Source of the DNA: a virus
Lineage: Duplodnaviria > Caudoviricetes
DNA: 55,388 nt
Strand: one strand, 5' to 3'
Virus record (IMG/VR): IMGVR_UViG_3300032893_000060
Coordinates: 1-55,388 of that record
Positions within the stretch are counted from its first letter, which is position 1. Every line of letters begins with the position of its first letter. A model generated the notes under the pieces. It ran no database searches. It was not told where the DNA came from and worked only from the letters and a program-made list of their open reading frames with translations. Positions 19,375 to 30,001 of this stretch are shown here, piece by piece. The translations under genes and the position numbers were made by a program.

Positions 19375-20348
19375 GTGTTAAATACATACTAGCTAGAGCT
19401 GGTGCTAAGATGGGTATTAACCCATCTGATCCTAACCAGCGCAATGTACTCCTACGCTATCTTAATGAAGGCGCAGAAGAATTGTATGCGCAAGCCGATT
19501 TAGCTGGATCATTGATGGAGCAAGTATTTAAAGTTAATGGTGATCAAACACTATCACTTCCACCGTATGTCGGCAAATTGCGTGCTATTCGTGAGTATGC
19601 TAGTATGCAAGTATGGCATATTAACCAAATGCGTCCACGCTACAATCAATTCAACTGGAAAGATATGTGGCGTAATTGGAGATTGATTGGAAAGCGTGCA
19701 TTAATGGTATCTGTTACTAATCAGTCGCTTGGCCGACTTATAGTGCCACAAGTTGAAGATCCACCAATTGTTGTGTCAATCAGTGGTTCTACGCAAGATG
19801 CATCACTCATCAGTGAGCAAGTAATAATGGATTCTACTGAGAAGTTCACAGAAAATAACTTCTTAGATTACACGGCTGTGAAGAAGGATCGAGTCAATAA
19901 CTTTGACATTACTCTTACTGATGTTGATGGCAAAGTATTGACTATTATCCCTAATAACATGCTTGCTGCTATGTATCAGATCATTGACATATCAGCATGT
20001 CCATGGCTTCCAGCGGCTACAAGCAAGTTAGACAACTATGTTGAGATACTCTATAAGAAGACACTGCCAGTATTAGTCAACGATGATGATGAGTTTCCCG
20101 CATTCGACTATGACAATGTGATCGTTAATAAGATCATGCAGCTGTGGAATGAAGAGCAGGCAAAAATTGACGTTGCTACAGCATACGACACGAAGGCAAC
20201 TAGGACAGCTGCACGTATTCATGAGGATCAGAACAGAGAGACTGAGGATGAAGTAGCGTTGATTGCTAATCCGCACGATACGATGCTCAAAAGGATTGGC
20301 ACTGGCCTAAGACGTCGATATAGTCAGTATGCAGGGAGGAAATTCTGA
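19371..20348 (+). CDS. Head-tail adaptor (putative)
   Basis: 325 aa; LLRYLNEG helical N-terminus; precedes nozzle. Confidence 0.55.
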   Translation: MSVKYILARAGAKMGINPSDPNQRNVLLRYLNEGAEELYAQADLAGSLMEQVFKVNGDQTLSLPPYVGKLRAIREYASMQVWHINQMRPRYNQFNWKDMWRNWRLIGKRALMVSVTNQSLGRLIVPQVEDPPIVVSISGSTQDASLISEQVIMDSTEKFTENNFLDYTAVKKDRVNNFDITLTDVDGKVLTIIPNNMLAAMYQIIDISACPWLPAATSKLDNYVEILYKKTLPVLVNDDDEFPAFDYDNVIVNKIMQLWNEEQAKIDVATAYDTKATRTAARIHEDQNRETEDEVALIANPHDTMLKRIGTGLRRRYSQYAGRKF

Positions 20349-22162
20349 TGCCCAAGGAGCTGATTACACAGGGAACCTCTGAGTATAACCAGACGTCCTT
20401 CATAGGAGGGATGAATCTGCTCTTAAATGATACTCATCTTCAGCCTAATCAGTACCGAGTATTGTTCAATGGTCGCAATAGGTATGATCGGCTTGACCTA
20501 GTGCTATCATCAGCTGAAGATAAATTAGCACCATTTGGTGTTAAGCAAGGAATGGTTACATTTGGTGAATTTGAGATACTATTTGTGTCAGGCAAGGCCT
20601 ACTACAAGTATTACACAAGCACCAAATGGACTATAATCAACGGCTTTTCAATGTCAGCTGTTGCACCACGATATTGGATGCAGATGGTTCCAGTGTCCGA
20701 GACTAACTATGTGCGTGTTGCGGCATCATATACTAACCCTACTGGGAGTGGAACTCTACAAGCTAACGCGGCTGGAGCCATTGCCAAGAATAATGTTATT
20801 GGAGCCGCAATGGGTGATATACCTGGATTATTAGTGCAAGACAATATCAATCAGCCACGATTCATATTTCTTGGTGATGACGGAATGCCGACTGTCAGGA
20901 CGACTCAGAAGTTTGAACAATGGCATATTACATTTACAGACCCTACTAATACTGTTGTTGCAAAAGATGGTGATCAACGTGAGTATGTGCCTATTGGTAA
21001 TGCAATGGCAATAGTAGATGGGATACTGTATATTACATCGCCGGACACAACATTGATCTATAGATCTGTAGAAGGTCGTCCATTGGACTTTGTAGTAAAC
21101 GTTGTCAATACATTAGCTGACCATACTACATCACCACCTTTTACTCAGTTTGGTGGAGGCGATGCCAATACTACATCATATAGTGTTGGAGTTGGCGGTA
21201 TTACTTGTCTACGCCAAATGTCTGATGGCTCTTTATTTGTTAGTGCAAGCAATGCCAATTTCTCTGTTGCTAAGAACTTCTCGCCTGATGCTCCAAAGAT
21301 ATTCGGTGAATACACATTCATCAGAAAGTTTCTGTTTAATGCCAATTGTTTGTCGGACAGAGCGATTCTTGATTCTGTTGGTGATACGAAGTTTATCGAC
21401 TTGACTGGAGTGCGTTCATTTAATGCTATTCAGCAATCACAGGGAAATGAAGGGCGCAATTCTCCGTTCACAGCTACCATTCAAGCTGCATTTCAGAATA
21501 TAGTCCAGAATCCAACGTTTGTCGCAGCCATCCTCTACGATGACTATGAACTGTATGCAGTCAATACCATCTTTGGGCCAGTAATTGCGGTATATGATAC
21601 TATCAATAGTTGCTGGACAGGATTTGATATTGATCAATGTAAGGGAAAAAGGATAAAGCAGTTAGTTAAGATCGAGCTAGCATTTCAAGCATTGTTTGCT
21701 ATTACTGAAGATGACAAGATCTACCGTCTATACATTGGTCCTGATACTGATAATGGCCAACTAAGGACCGATGCCATCTGTAGTAACATTCTGTATGTTA
21801 ACATAAACATGCGGATGGCTAATCCTAAGCTGGAAGTCAAGTTGACTAAGACTAGGATCATAGTGGATAATATTACAGAAGATTGTTCACTGTCATTTAC
21901 ACCCTACATCAATAATCGTGAAGCGGCTGGTGGTACTCAGACTAAAAACTTTACGTATAAAGAGCCGCTGAAGCCTACAACTAATCAATATCCTCTTCCC
22001 GATGTTGATACGCAGCTAGAGAATGCTTTGTTCAGCACACCTGATTGTGAGCAAGGATGGAAAGTATATGGAGTGATAGAGTGGACGTCAGGAAGTCTAA
22101 CTCAGTTTAGTATGGAACTACAAGACATTACTCCGCAGAATCCTCTCAATTCGCAGCAGTGA
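20348..22162 (+). CDS. Tail nozzle / stabilisation protein (putative)
   Basis: 604 aa, N-terminal SFIGGMN, beta-rich; podoviral synteny. Confidence 0.65.
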   Translation: MPKELITQGTSEYNQTSFIGGMNLLLNDTHLQPNQYRVLFNGRNRYDRLDLVLSSAEDKLAPFGVKQGMVTFGEFEILFVSGKAYYKYYTSTKWTIINGFSMSAVAPRYWMQMVPVSETNYVRVAASYTNPTGSGTLQANAAGAIAKNNVIGAAMGDIPGLLVQDNINQPRFIFLGDDGMPTVRTTQKFEQWHITFTDPTNTVVAKDGDQREYVPIGNAMAIVDGILYITSPDTTLIYRSVEGRPLDFVVNVVNTLADHTTSPPFTQFGGGDANTTSYSVGVGGITCLRQMSDGSLFVSASNANFSVAKNFSPDAPKIFGEYTFIRKFLFNANCLSDRAILDSVGDTKFIDLTGVRSFNAIQQSQGNEGRNSPFTATIQAAFQNIVQNPTFVAAILYDDYELYAVNTIFGPVIAVYDTINSCWTGFDIDQCKGKRIKQLVKIELAFQALFAITEDDKIYRLYIGPDTDNGQLRTDAICSNILYVNINMRMANPKLEVKLTKTRIIVDNITEDCSLSFTPYINNREAAGGTQTKNFTYKEPLKPTTNQYPLPDVDTQLENALFSTPDCEQGWKVYGVIEWTSGSLTQFSMELQDITPQNPLNSQQ

Positions 22163-22509
22163 TTACAATTTACCAACTAGCTGAATGGATCATACGACAT
22201 AGACGAGGACCCGCATTCAAAGGATACTCAATGGCTAAAATATGCGAAGAACTTATGGAATGTGCGCAACATAATACCATGCTGTGTGTCACCGATGAGA
22301 CAGGAACAATAGTTGGTGTATGTGCTGGAAAAGCTGATAGTAATGAAAAAGTATTCTATGTCTATGATGTTCTTACTATTGAGCCTTGGGCATTACGACA
22401 AATGCTTAGTGAATTTCTAATACGATTTCCAGGTTATACATTAACTGGACGCCGTCATAATGTGCAAGAAAGACAATTTAACGTACCTCAACTACTAGAA
22501 AGATTATAA
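22159..22509 (+). CDS. GNAT-fold-like protein after nozzle
   Basis: 116 aa, DETGTIVGV; usual podoviral position. Confidence 0.5.
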   Translation: MITIYQLAEWIIRHRRGPAFKGYSMAKICEELMECAQHNTMLCVTDETGTIVGVCAGKADSNEKVFYVYDVLTIEPWALRQMLSEFLIRFPGYTLTGRRHNVQERQFNVPQLLERL

Positions 22510-22510
22510 T

Positions 22511-23515
22511 ATGGGTGGTAACTACTATTCATCAGGAAGCGGCAGCGGCTCACAATACAGCATTTCAAATGGATCGGCTGGCAGTTCTTACATGTCAGGT
22601 AGCAGGAGTGGTCTTACGCCAGCCCAAATACTAAATGCATATTCTCAGTTCTTACCTGGGACACTGAATTCGATTGGTAATGCCAGTGCTAATGCTTTAG
22701 CGCCGACTGGTTCAGGTACGGCAGCCGCGACAGCCGGTAACGCTGTTCAACGTAGTCTTAATCCTGAGTACTATGGTGCTCTTGATACTGCTACTGGTAG
22801 TGCAATGCGTGGTGCTAGAGCAGGCAATCAATTACTTAATGCTATCAATCTTAACGGATTGTCGCCGGGTGAATATAATGCCACGGAGCGTGGACTTAAT
22901 CAGTACAACACCGGAACTGGTAATGCTGGATTAGCGAACCCAACTAACGCTATCACTAATGCAATGAACTTTGGTGGTGCGTTTAACAATAAACTTGGGA
23001 TATTGGGAAGTGCCATTGGTGCGAACACTAGTGCGTCTGGAGCAGCAACTAATGCAGCTGGAGCGGCATCACCAAATACTAGTGGATTCAATCCAGTGCA
23101 GATTGCTCTTGGTAACACTGGCTTTGGTGCTAGTTACATTAACCCGATCACAGCCGTATCGCAACAGAATGCTTCTGGTGCTAGTAGTGCAGCAAACATG
23201 AGCTTTGGTGCTGGTGGATCATCTAATAGTAGTCAGGGATGCTGCTTCATATTTATGGAAGCGTATCACGGAACTATGCCTAAGTCTGTCAGACGTGTTC
23301 GTGATAAGTTCTATCGTGCTCATCCTGAAATTGCTAGAGGATATAAGAAGATGGCTAAGTGGCTTGTGCCATTGATTCGTGATTATGATACAGTCAGGTC
23401 GATAGTGTGGAAATTCATGATCGCACCTGCCACTCGTCATTGTGAAGATTTCACTAAGGCTCGCCGTATATCACATTTCTGGCTTAGAGTTTGGGCTATT
23501 TATGGGAGGATATAG
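22511..23515 (+). CDS. Ejection/internal virion protein with C-terminal CFI-box-like domain
   Basis: G/A/S/N-rich body, then CCFIFMEAYHG...VRRVRDKFY. Confidence 0.6.
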   Translation: MGGNYYSSGSGSGSQYSISNGSAGSSYMSGSRSGLTPAQILNAYSQFLPGTLNSIGNASANALAPTGSGTAAATAGNAVQRSLNPEYYGALDTATGSAMRGARAGNQLLNAINLNGLSPGEYNATERGLNQYNTGTGNAGLANPTNAITNAMNFGGAFNNKLGILGSAIGANTSASGAATNAAGAASPNTSGFNPVQIALGNTGFGASYINPITAVSQQNASGASSAANMSFGAGGSSNSSQGCCFIFMEAYHGTMPKSVRRVRDKFYRAHPEIARGYKKMAKWLVPLIRDYDTVRSIVWKFMIAPATRHCEDFTKARRISHFWLRVWAIYGRI

Positions 23516-23517
23516 AT

Positions 23518-23796
23518 ATGTTTAATCTACTACAGGGTTTAATCCAGCCAGGTGGACAGGGAACTGGATTAAATATGTTCGGTCAGGATTCCGGTCTGTT
23601 AGGACAATTCGGGAATCAATTGGGTGGATATGCTTTGGACAATTCTGGACTTACTGGTGGTAACAATAGCATTCCGCCGAAAGACAGATCATTGTCTGAC
23701 TATATGAAAAATGCATATCCCAAGAATAGTCAGCAAAGTGGTGGCCTTGGCAACATGCTTGGTAGTGCTTTGGCAGCAATGATTGTTGGAATCTAA
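23518..23796 (+). CDS. Gly-rich internal virion protein (putative)
   Basis: ATG 2 nt after previous stop; G/L/Q rich. Confidence 0.55.
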   Translation: MFNLLQGLIQPGGQGTGLNMFGQDSGLLGQFGNQLGGYALDNSGLTGGNNSIPPKDRSLSDYMKNAYPKNSQQSGGLGNMLGSALAAMIVGI

Positions 23797-23798
23797 TT

Positions 23799-24920
23799 AT
23801 GAGCTTACTTGATACACTTGGTTATAATTTGCTCAGTTCTATCGTCGGTCAGCAGTCACCACAAGTTAATCCTGATGCTGTTGGTACTGCATATGATCCT
23901 AAGAATCCTGCAACGTGGCCATACAAACAGCCGTCATTTGGAACTAAGTTGCTTCATCCAGAAGTTGCTGCTCAGACTGGCCAACTAAATATAGAGCCAT
24001 ACCAGACAAGTGTAGCAGATCAGACTCGACTACGACTTGGTGGACAACACTCTGATATTGTTCAGCCATATCTAGGGCAAACTCCAACTGAGATACCTAA
24101 TGCTATAGCACGTGGATTACTGTATCCAGATAATAGTGCAACTGGGATTGAATCTGGAGTGCAAGCAGCAGAAAATTATCGTGCCGGTGTTCCAGAAGCA
24201 AGAGCACTATCTAATCTAGCATCAGCTAAGTACGAGTCGCAGTTCTATCCTGAGCACGAAAAACTCATAGCTCCACAAGTAGGATACGATCTAGCGAAGA
24301 TAAAAAGTGGAATGGAGACATTACCGGGTGAAACGGCTGTTACTAAAGCACAGAATCGTTCTGCTCTTGCTCAAATACCAACTCACACTCAATCTGCAAT
24401 ATCAGGAAATATTGCATCACAGCAGGCAGCCGAAAGAGCCATTCAGCTCAATCCACAATTAACTGAATCTGAAAAGCAAGAGATTCTAGCCAGGACTAGA
24501 ACAGCTAGAAGCACAATTGGCGGCCAGACTATAATAGATGACTTCGGCAATGAAATTCGTGCACCACAGATACTGTCACCAATGCAGAGAATGACTGTTG
24601 GTACTAGACCTCAGGAGTTAATTGGATTACCGGGTGGTGGATTTGTGCCAACTGTTCTTAACAATCAATCTACTAAAGCTGGAGTACCAGTAAGGAAAGC
24701 AGTTGGACCAACTTATGGTCCACCTAATAAACCCGCAACAGGACTTATACCCAAAGCCATTGGTGATTTAGGAACACAACTTGGTGAACTAGCTGGCAGT
24801 GAGCCTGGCTCTGAGTTCTTGCGTGGAGCTAAAACAGCTGCAATGCTTCCACGCGACTATATAAACAAGAACCGAGAGCTACTGAGTAATCTTTATCAGT
24901 ATCTGTGGCAAGGACAATAA
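23799..24920 (+). CDS. Ejection/internal virion protein (putative)
   Basis: 373 aa, precedes the largest ORF. Confidence 0.55.
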   Translation: MSLLDTLGYNLLSSIVGQQSPQVNPDAVGTAYDPKNPATWPYKQPSFGTKLLHPEVAAQTGQLNIEPYQTSVADQTRLRLGGQHSDIVQPYLGQTPTEIPNAIARGLLYPDNSATGIESGVQAAENYRAGVPEARALSNLASAKYESQFYPEHEKLIAPQVGYDLAKIKSGMETLPGETAVTKAQNRSALAQIPTHTQSAISGNIASQQAAERAIQLNPQLTESEKQEILARTRTARSTIGGQTIIDDFGNEIRAPQILSPMQRMTVGTRPQELIGLPGGGFVPTVLNNQSTKAGVPVRKAVGPTYGPPNKPATGLIPKAIGDLGTQLGELAGSEPGSEFLRGAKTAAMLPRDYINKNRELLSNLYQYLWQGQ

Positions 24921-24921
24921 T

Positions 24922-27900
24922 ATGCCAATCGAACGAGAACTAACACCAGAAGAACTTGATCACTTAGCAGCGAGTGGTGTTGATCCACGACAGTATCGGG
25001 GAGTAAAAGTTCCTGTCTATAGTGCAGATGAAGCCAGAAACTTTAGACCTACTACTGAACAAGCTCCACCACAACCCTCTCGTTCTGCACTGTCAGCCAT
25101 TCTTCCAACACTCAAAGCACACGCAGGACAATATGCTGGTGGCGGAGCAGGAACATTAGGTGGTGCTGCATTAGGTGCAGAACTTGGTGCTTTAGGCGGT
25201 CCAGCCGCACCTGTCACTGTTCCATTAGGTGCTATATTAGGTGCTGTTAGTGGTGGCTTAAGTGGATCATATGTTGGGAATAAGGCTCAACAAGCTATAG
25301 TTCCAACTGACACTGAGCAACGCTTAGAACAGGAAGCCGCACAAGCTAGACAAGAATCGCCGTGGACTTCTATCGGAACAGACATAGTCGCTAGTATGTT
25401 GGCTGCTGGTGGAAAGCCATCGTTGGCTGCGGGAAAAGGATTAGCTGGATTGTTGCGTGGTGGAGTCAAAGCTATTGGAACACCGGCTGAACGTGCTCTT
25501 GCTAGTCAGGTGCCAGAACTAGCACCACAAGTGGCACAGAGATTGTCTGAGTATGGAAAAAATATACAGGCGTTGAGGCAGGCTGGAACTATGGCAGCCG
25601 TTAGTCCAGCGATTCAACTGGGTACTGGACTAGCGACTGGTGAGATGCCTTCTGGGAAGGAATTGGCCGCTTCGTCTATTGGTGGTGCATTGTTTAGTGG
25701 TCTTAATCCACTTGGTAGAAAAGCGTTTGGTGTTCACACTGAACCATCTCCTGAACCCCGCCAATCAACACCGTGGCCAGATAACATAAAGCCAGCTGAC
25801 ATTCCTGGATATGCGCTTGATCCGGACAAAGTCACACCTTGGACGGCGAAAGATGCTGAAGGGAAACCAGTGACGTCTGATAAGATAGTGAAAGCCGCAT
25901 ACAAGAAGTTAGTGCCTCCTCCAGAAAGGGCTACCAGCGAAGATCCAAATGAATATAGAGAGCAAGCAAAAGCAAGGGAAGCATACAATCTCACATCAGT
26001 CGAAGATATGCGGAAGGCTTTACATGAGGCCGAATTGGCGAAAGTTCAGCAACCTACACCTACTGTTGCAATCCCAACGACCGAGCCTACTGCTAAAATT
26101 GAACCTGAGAAAGTTCCTGTGGTTGAGCCTTCTAAGGTAGAGACACAGACTAAGCCTGCTGAGGAAGAGCCAGCATTAACACCTGAGCAGGAAAAGATGG
26201 CAGCGGAGCAAGATCAGAAACGAACTGACTTTGAAAGAGCTAGGGCTGAACAGATTGGCGAAGAACAATGGAATGCTGCACACCAATTAGCTATGGTTGG
26301 ACATGAGCAGCCGCCTAAGCCATTGAATGAGAATGCTGTTAGAATTAGTGCTAACCCAGAGACATTGATAAAGTCAGCTGTTAGCAGGTCAGAATCATTC
26401 GATAGGAATCTTTATGCGCCGCCCCAAAGCTCAGGTGGGGAAGGGAATAAGAGCATTATAGAAGCTATCAGAGTTGGACCTCCAATTCGTGAATTTTCTA
26501 ACAGAGTTAAATTTGAAAATGGTAATTCTGGCACCTCGGTGCAGCATGAATTAACTCGTATTGGTGCACAAAAAGAAAATCTATACAATAAATTAGCTAC
26601 CCATTTGCTAAATATTGCAGACAAAGATGCACTTAAAGTTCCTATAACATTTGATCCAACTGCGCGAAATTCTTACTATCATCCAAAGGGGGATTATATT
26701 CGTATAAAGACAGATAAAGATCACACTATTCTTCATGAGATAATCCATGCTACTACTTCTAAGAAGCTATATGCTGAATTGGGAGATGCTAGCCATAGAT
26801 CTTCTGATCATCCAATGCTAGATGAGTATCTAGAACTTGGTGATAATGAATCAATTAAAGAATTAATCAGATCTTTTAAAGAGGCAAGCAAAGTTGATCT
26901 ATCACCAGATAATTATGGATTAAAAAATCTACATGAATTTGTTTCAGAAACACTCTCTAATCCGAAATTTGCAAACAGACTTAATAATATTAAAACTACC
27001 AAAGGAACAACTGTCTTTGGTCGTATAGTAGAAGCTATTAAAAGATTGCTTGGTTGCAATCCATCTCAAGGATCATTGCTGGAACGTGTTCTTAAGCCAA
27101 CAGAGGAAATAATAAAACAAGAAAGATCTGGTAACAAAGTCGAATCAACATCTAATGAAAATCTCTACGCCCCCCATACTACCAAAGTAGAAGAACATGT
27201 AAGGGGTGGCATTGTAGGACGCGCATTCGAAGATACTGTCAATAAGATTCGGCAGAACAAGGTCAATCCAGAGGGTGCCAACAAGTTTGCTGATGCTGTT
27301 GTCAATACACACAATGACAAGGATGCTTTTAATGGACAGTGGACTCAGCCAATCATAGCGAGAGGCAGAGGATTCTCTGGCACTCAAGAAGAAAGAATGC
27401 AGCAAGCAGCATACTGGCAACTAACACACAAAGCTGTTCCACCTTCTAGCATGTTCCGAACTCCTGAAGAATATCAGCACTTCGTCCAGACGCACAAGAC
27501 TATTAAGAACATTGCTGATACGCACATAGCAATGAAAGAGCCAGTGATGGATGCTAATAGCAACAAGCGGCTGATGCGTAAGGATCCTAACTACTGGCCT
27601 ACACCACCAGCACCTAAGGTTATTGAGACAATGGCTGACTCAACTAAAAGTGCACAACAAGAAGCATATCACAATTCATTTGTAGACTTCAATAAACGCC
27701 TTGGGATGAATGGTGCTGAGGCAGAGAAAGCTTGGACTAACTTTAGGGAAGGCTTGGCACAACTACACAACTCTCAAGTTGGTAGTGCCGATTATTTCAA
27801 TGCCTCTCGCCGTGCTCACAATTCTTCCCTACCACCAGAAATGACTATCAAAGGCTTTACACGCGCTATGAGTTCCTACACAGCTCGTATGGCCGCCGAT

Positions 27901-29604
27901 ATGTCTGCTTACAAGAACATAGAGTCCAACCATGAAGTACTCGCAGCACTTGGTCAGACTCATGATGCATGGGGGTCACCAGTAAAACCGGACCCGTCTG
28001 GTAGGTCGATTGCTGGTGACCCCTCAGTGCAAGCAGCAATGGATGAGATTAGGGGTGAGAGAGGTGGAACTATGCAACAGCATATTGAGAACAAAGCTAG
28101 CGGTTTATTCACGGCTTTCTTCATTGGTCCACAAACGCAGCCACATAGATCAATCAGTGATTTGTTTACTTCAGCCGCACATTATGCCTCTAATCCATAT
28201 CAGATGGTTAGAAACCTGGCATCTACTGTAAGTGGATACAAAGAAGGATTTGACCATGCAATGAAAGGTGGTGCAATCAAAGATAGTGCACTACATCTTA
28301 GAGACTTCTTTGACCGGAATCTTACTGCGGCTGAACGCATTCAGGCATTAACGGCTTCAGTACGTCGTGCATATGGTTCAGAGTTTGTAGATCATCTCAA
28401 CGCTGGAATGCTCCAGACAATGTTTGAAAAGCATGTTATTCCTGAGACCATTGATAAAGCTAACATGGAAGACATGAGCGCAATGCAGCGCTTGCGGAAA
28501 TTAGATCCACAGTGGAACAAAGGAAAGACTTATAGTCCAGAAGAACAACAGCAGCTAGCTAGTAGGCTCATAGGCTATGTGCATGGAACAGGCGATGCCA
28601 GAACGATGCCACCTTGGATGATTCATGACAGTGAAATATCTGGATTCTTTCGCTTGTTTCATTGGGGTGTATCTCAGACAAATAGATTCTTTAGTGAGAT
28701 AGTAACCCCAGCGAAGAATGGTAACATAGGTCCATTGTTTAATGCTCTACTTGGTGGAGTAGCTGGTGGCTTAGCAATTAAAGAAATGAGGGAATTGATC
28801 GGTGGAAAGAAGGGACAGATACCTTCGTTGAAAGAAATGGCTGCAAATCCTAATGGAGGGATATTAGGAAACAAATCTTTGCTTGGATATGAATTGATTT
28901 CAGCTTTGTCATATACTGGCTTTGGTGGAATGCTATCAACCATAAGTAAGTTACCTGTTGACTGGATATACAAAAATACATCACAAGGTGCTACGTTTCC
29001 TCTAGATGAGGTTATCAGCGATACAGGAAAAACAATTAGTGACTTTACAACGGCTGCCGCTAACGATCCTCATTTCGATTGGTTTGATGCTACTAAGATG
29101 TTTTGGGAACATATGCTTACTACTAACTTCCAGCTAGGTCGCGTACTATACAATCAGGCACTTAATACTGGATTGTTTAATGGAACTCCAGAAGCTAGCA
29201 GAAAAGCATTGGCCGATAAGTTGGGTGAGTTACGCCGCTTTAGGATGGTTATTAATACGCCTTATGCTGAAACAGGAGAGCCGAGTAACCCCTATATGAA
29301 CATTGAACAGAAGAAGTTCCATCTAGAAGAAGATCCGATGAAAGCTGTTCAGATGTTGCCTGGGATGATTGCAACAATAATGCAGAAGTATGGTGACAAT
29401 CCTGATGTAATGATGGAAAAGATAAAGGCATTGAAGCAATCACAATATGCTACAATGCCTTCACTTGAGACACTGCCATTGCAGGCGATGAAGTATATTG
29501 GTTACTTACAGCAGAAGGAAGGACCCGAGTATGCCAATGCTGCATTGATGGACTTCATGCGGCATAAGATGCTGAACGAAGCAAAAGCTAGTGTCGTGCC
29601 CTAA
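24922..29604 (+). CDS. Large DNA-ejection protein with internal zincin-like metallopeptidase domain
   Basis: 1560 aa; Gly-zipper N-terminus; ILHEIIHA...LHEFVSE. Confidence 0.7.
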   Translation: MPIERELTPEELDHLAASGVDPRQYRGVKVPVYSADEARNFRPTTEQAPPQPSRSALSAILPTLKAHAGQYAGGGAGTLGGAALGAELGALGGPAAPVTVPLGAILGAVSGGLSGSYVGNKAQQAIVPTDTEQRLEQEAAQARQESPWTSIGTDIVASMLAAGGKPSLAAGKGLAGLLRGGVKAIGTPAERALASQVPELAPQVAQRLSEYGKNIQALRQAGTMAAVSPAIQLGTGLATGEMPSGKELAASSIGGALFSGLNPLGRKAFGVHTEPSPEPRQSTPWPDNIKPADIPGYALDPDKVTPWTAKDAEGKPVTSDKIVKAAYKKLVPPPERATSEDPNEYREQAKAREAYNLTSVEDMRKALHEAELAKVQQPTPTVAIPTTEPTAKIEPEKVPVVEPSKVETQTKPAEEEPALTPEQEKMAAEQDQKRTDFERARAEQIGEEQWNAAHQLAMVGHEQPPKPLNENAVRISANPETLIKSAVSRSESFDRNLYAPPQSSGGEGNKSIIEAIRVGPPIREFSNRVKFENGNSGTSVQHELTRIGAQKENLYNKLATHLLNIADKDALKVPITFDPTARNSYYHPKGDYIRIKTDKDHTILHEIIHATTSKKLYAELGDASHRSSDHPMLDEYLELGDNESIKELIRSFKEASKVDLSPDNYGLKNLHEFVSETLSNPKFANRLNNIKTTKGTTVFGRIVEAIKRLLGCNPSQGSLLERVLKPTEEIIKQERSGNKVESTSNENLYAPHTTKVEEHVRGGIVGRAFEDTVNKIRQNKVNPEGANKFADAVVNTHNDKDAFNGQWTQPIIARGRGFSGTQEERMQQAAYWQLTHKAVPPSSMFRTPEEYQHFVQTHKTIKNIADTHIAMKEPVMDANSNKRLMRKDPNYWPTPPAPKVIETMADSTKSAQQEAYHNSFVDFNKRLGMNGAEAEKAWTNFREGLAQLHNSQVGSADYFNASRRAHNSSLPPEMTIKGFTRAMSSYTARMAADMSAYKNIESNHEVLAALGQTHDAWGSPVKPDPSGRSIAGDPSVQAAMDEIRGERGGTMQQHIENKASGLFTAFFIGPQTQPHRSISDLFTSAAHYASNPYQMVRNLASTVSGYKEGFDHAMKGGAIKDSALHLRDFFDRNLTAAERIQALTASVRRAYGSEFVDHLNAGMLQTMFEKHVIPETIDKANMEDMSAMQRLRKLDPQWNKGKTYSPEEQQQLASRLIGYVHGTGDARTMPPWMIHDSEISGFFRLFHWGVSQTNRFFSEIVTPAKNGNIGPLFNALLGGVAGGLAIKEMRELIGGKKGQIPSLKEMAANPNGGILGNKSLLGYELISALSYTGFGGMLSTISKLPVDWIYKNTSQGATFPLDEVISDTGKTISDFTTAAANDPHFDWFDATKMFWEHMLTTNFQLGRVLYNQALNTGLFNGTPEASRKALADKLGELRRFRMVINTPYAETGEPSNPYMNIEQKKFHLEEDPMKAVQMLPGMIATIMQKYGDNPDVMMEKIKALKQSQYATMPSLETLPLQAMKYIGYLQQKEGPEYANAALMDFMRHKMLNEAKASVVP

Positions 29605-29690
29605 CGACCGCCTATAACTAGCCAGCCAACAAAAGCTATACAACCTATACAAAAGATCCAAAATAATAGAAAGCCTATAACATTTAGCAT
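29601..29690 (-). CDS. 29-aa hydrophobic membrane peptide (not in ORF track)
   Basis: MLNVIGFLLFWIFCIGCIAFVGWLVIGGR; start overlaps MazG end and fills the convergent gap. Confidence 0.5.
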   Translation of the reverse strand: MLNVIGFLLFWIFCIGCIAFVGWLVIGGR

Positions 29691-30001
29691 TGTCCATTCT
29701 CCTTGTTCTTAACCCAGTCACGCCGCTTTACAGCATCCCATGTTGACATAACAGCGGCTTGTAGGTCGATGTTATTCTGTGTGCAGTAGTCACAGAGGTA
29801 TATTACTATGTCACCAACTGCATCAACCTTAGCCAGCTTGTGCTCTTGTGGTGTTCCACGTATCCCTTGCTCTAGTTTCAAGTGAGCATGGGATAATTCA
29901 CCGACTTCTTCCACTATACCTAGCAATGGCTGATGTGGCTTCTTGTTAAAGAAGTTTCGCTTCTGCCATTCTTCCACTTCCATCTGTAGTGTTCTAATCA
30001 T
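29684..30001 (-). CDS. mazG: MazG-like NTP pyrophosphohydrolase
   Basis: EEVGEL...DAVGDIVIYL. Confidence 0.85.
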   Translation of the reverse strand: MIRTLQMEVEEWQKRNFFNKKPHQPLLGIVEEVGELSHAHLKLEQGIRGTPQEHKLAKVDAVGDIVIYLCDYCTQNNIDLQAAVMSTWDAVKRRDWVKNKENGQC

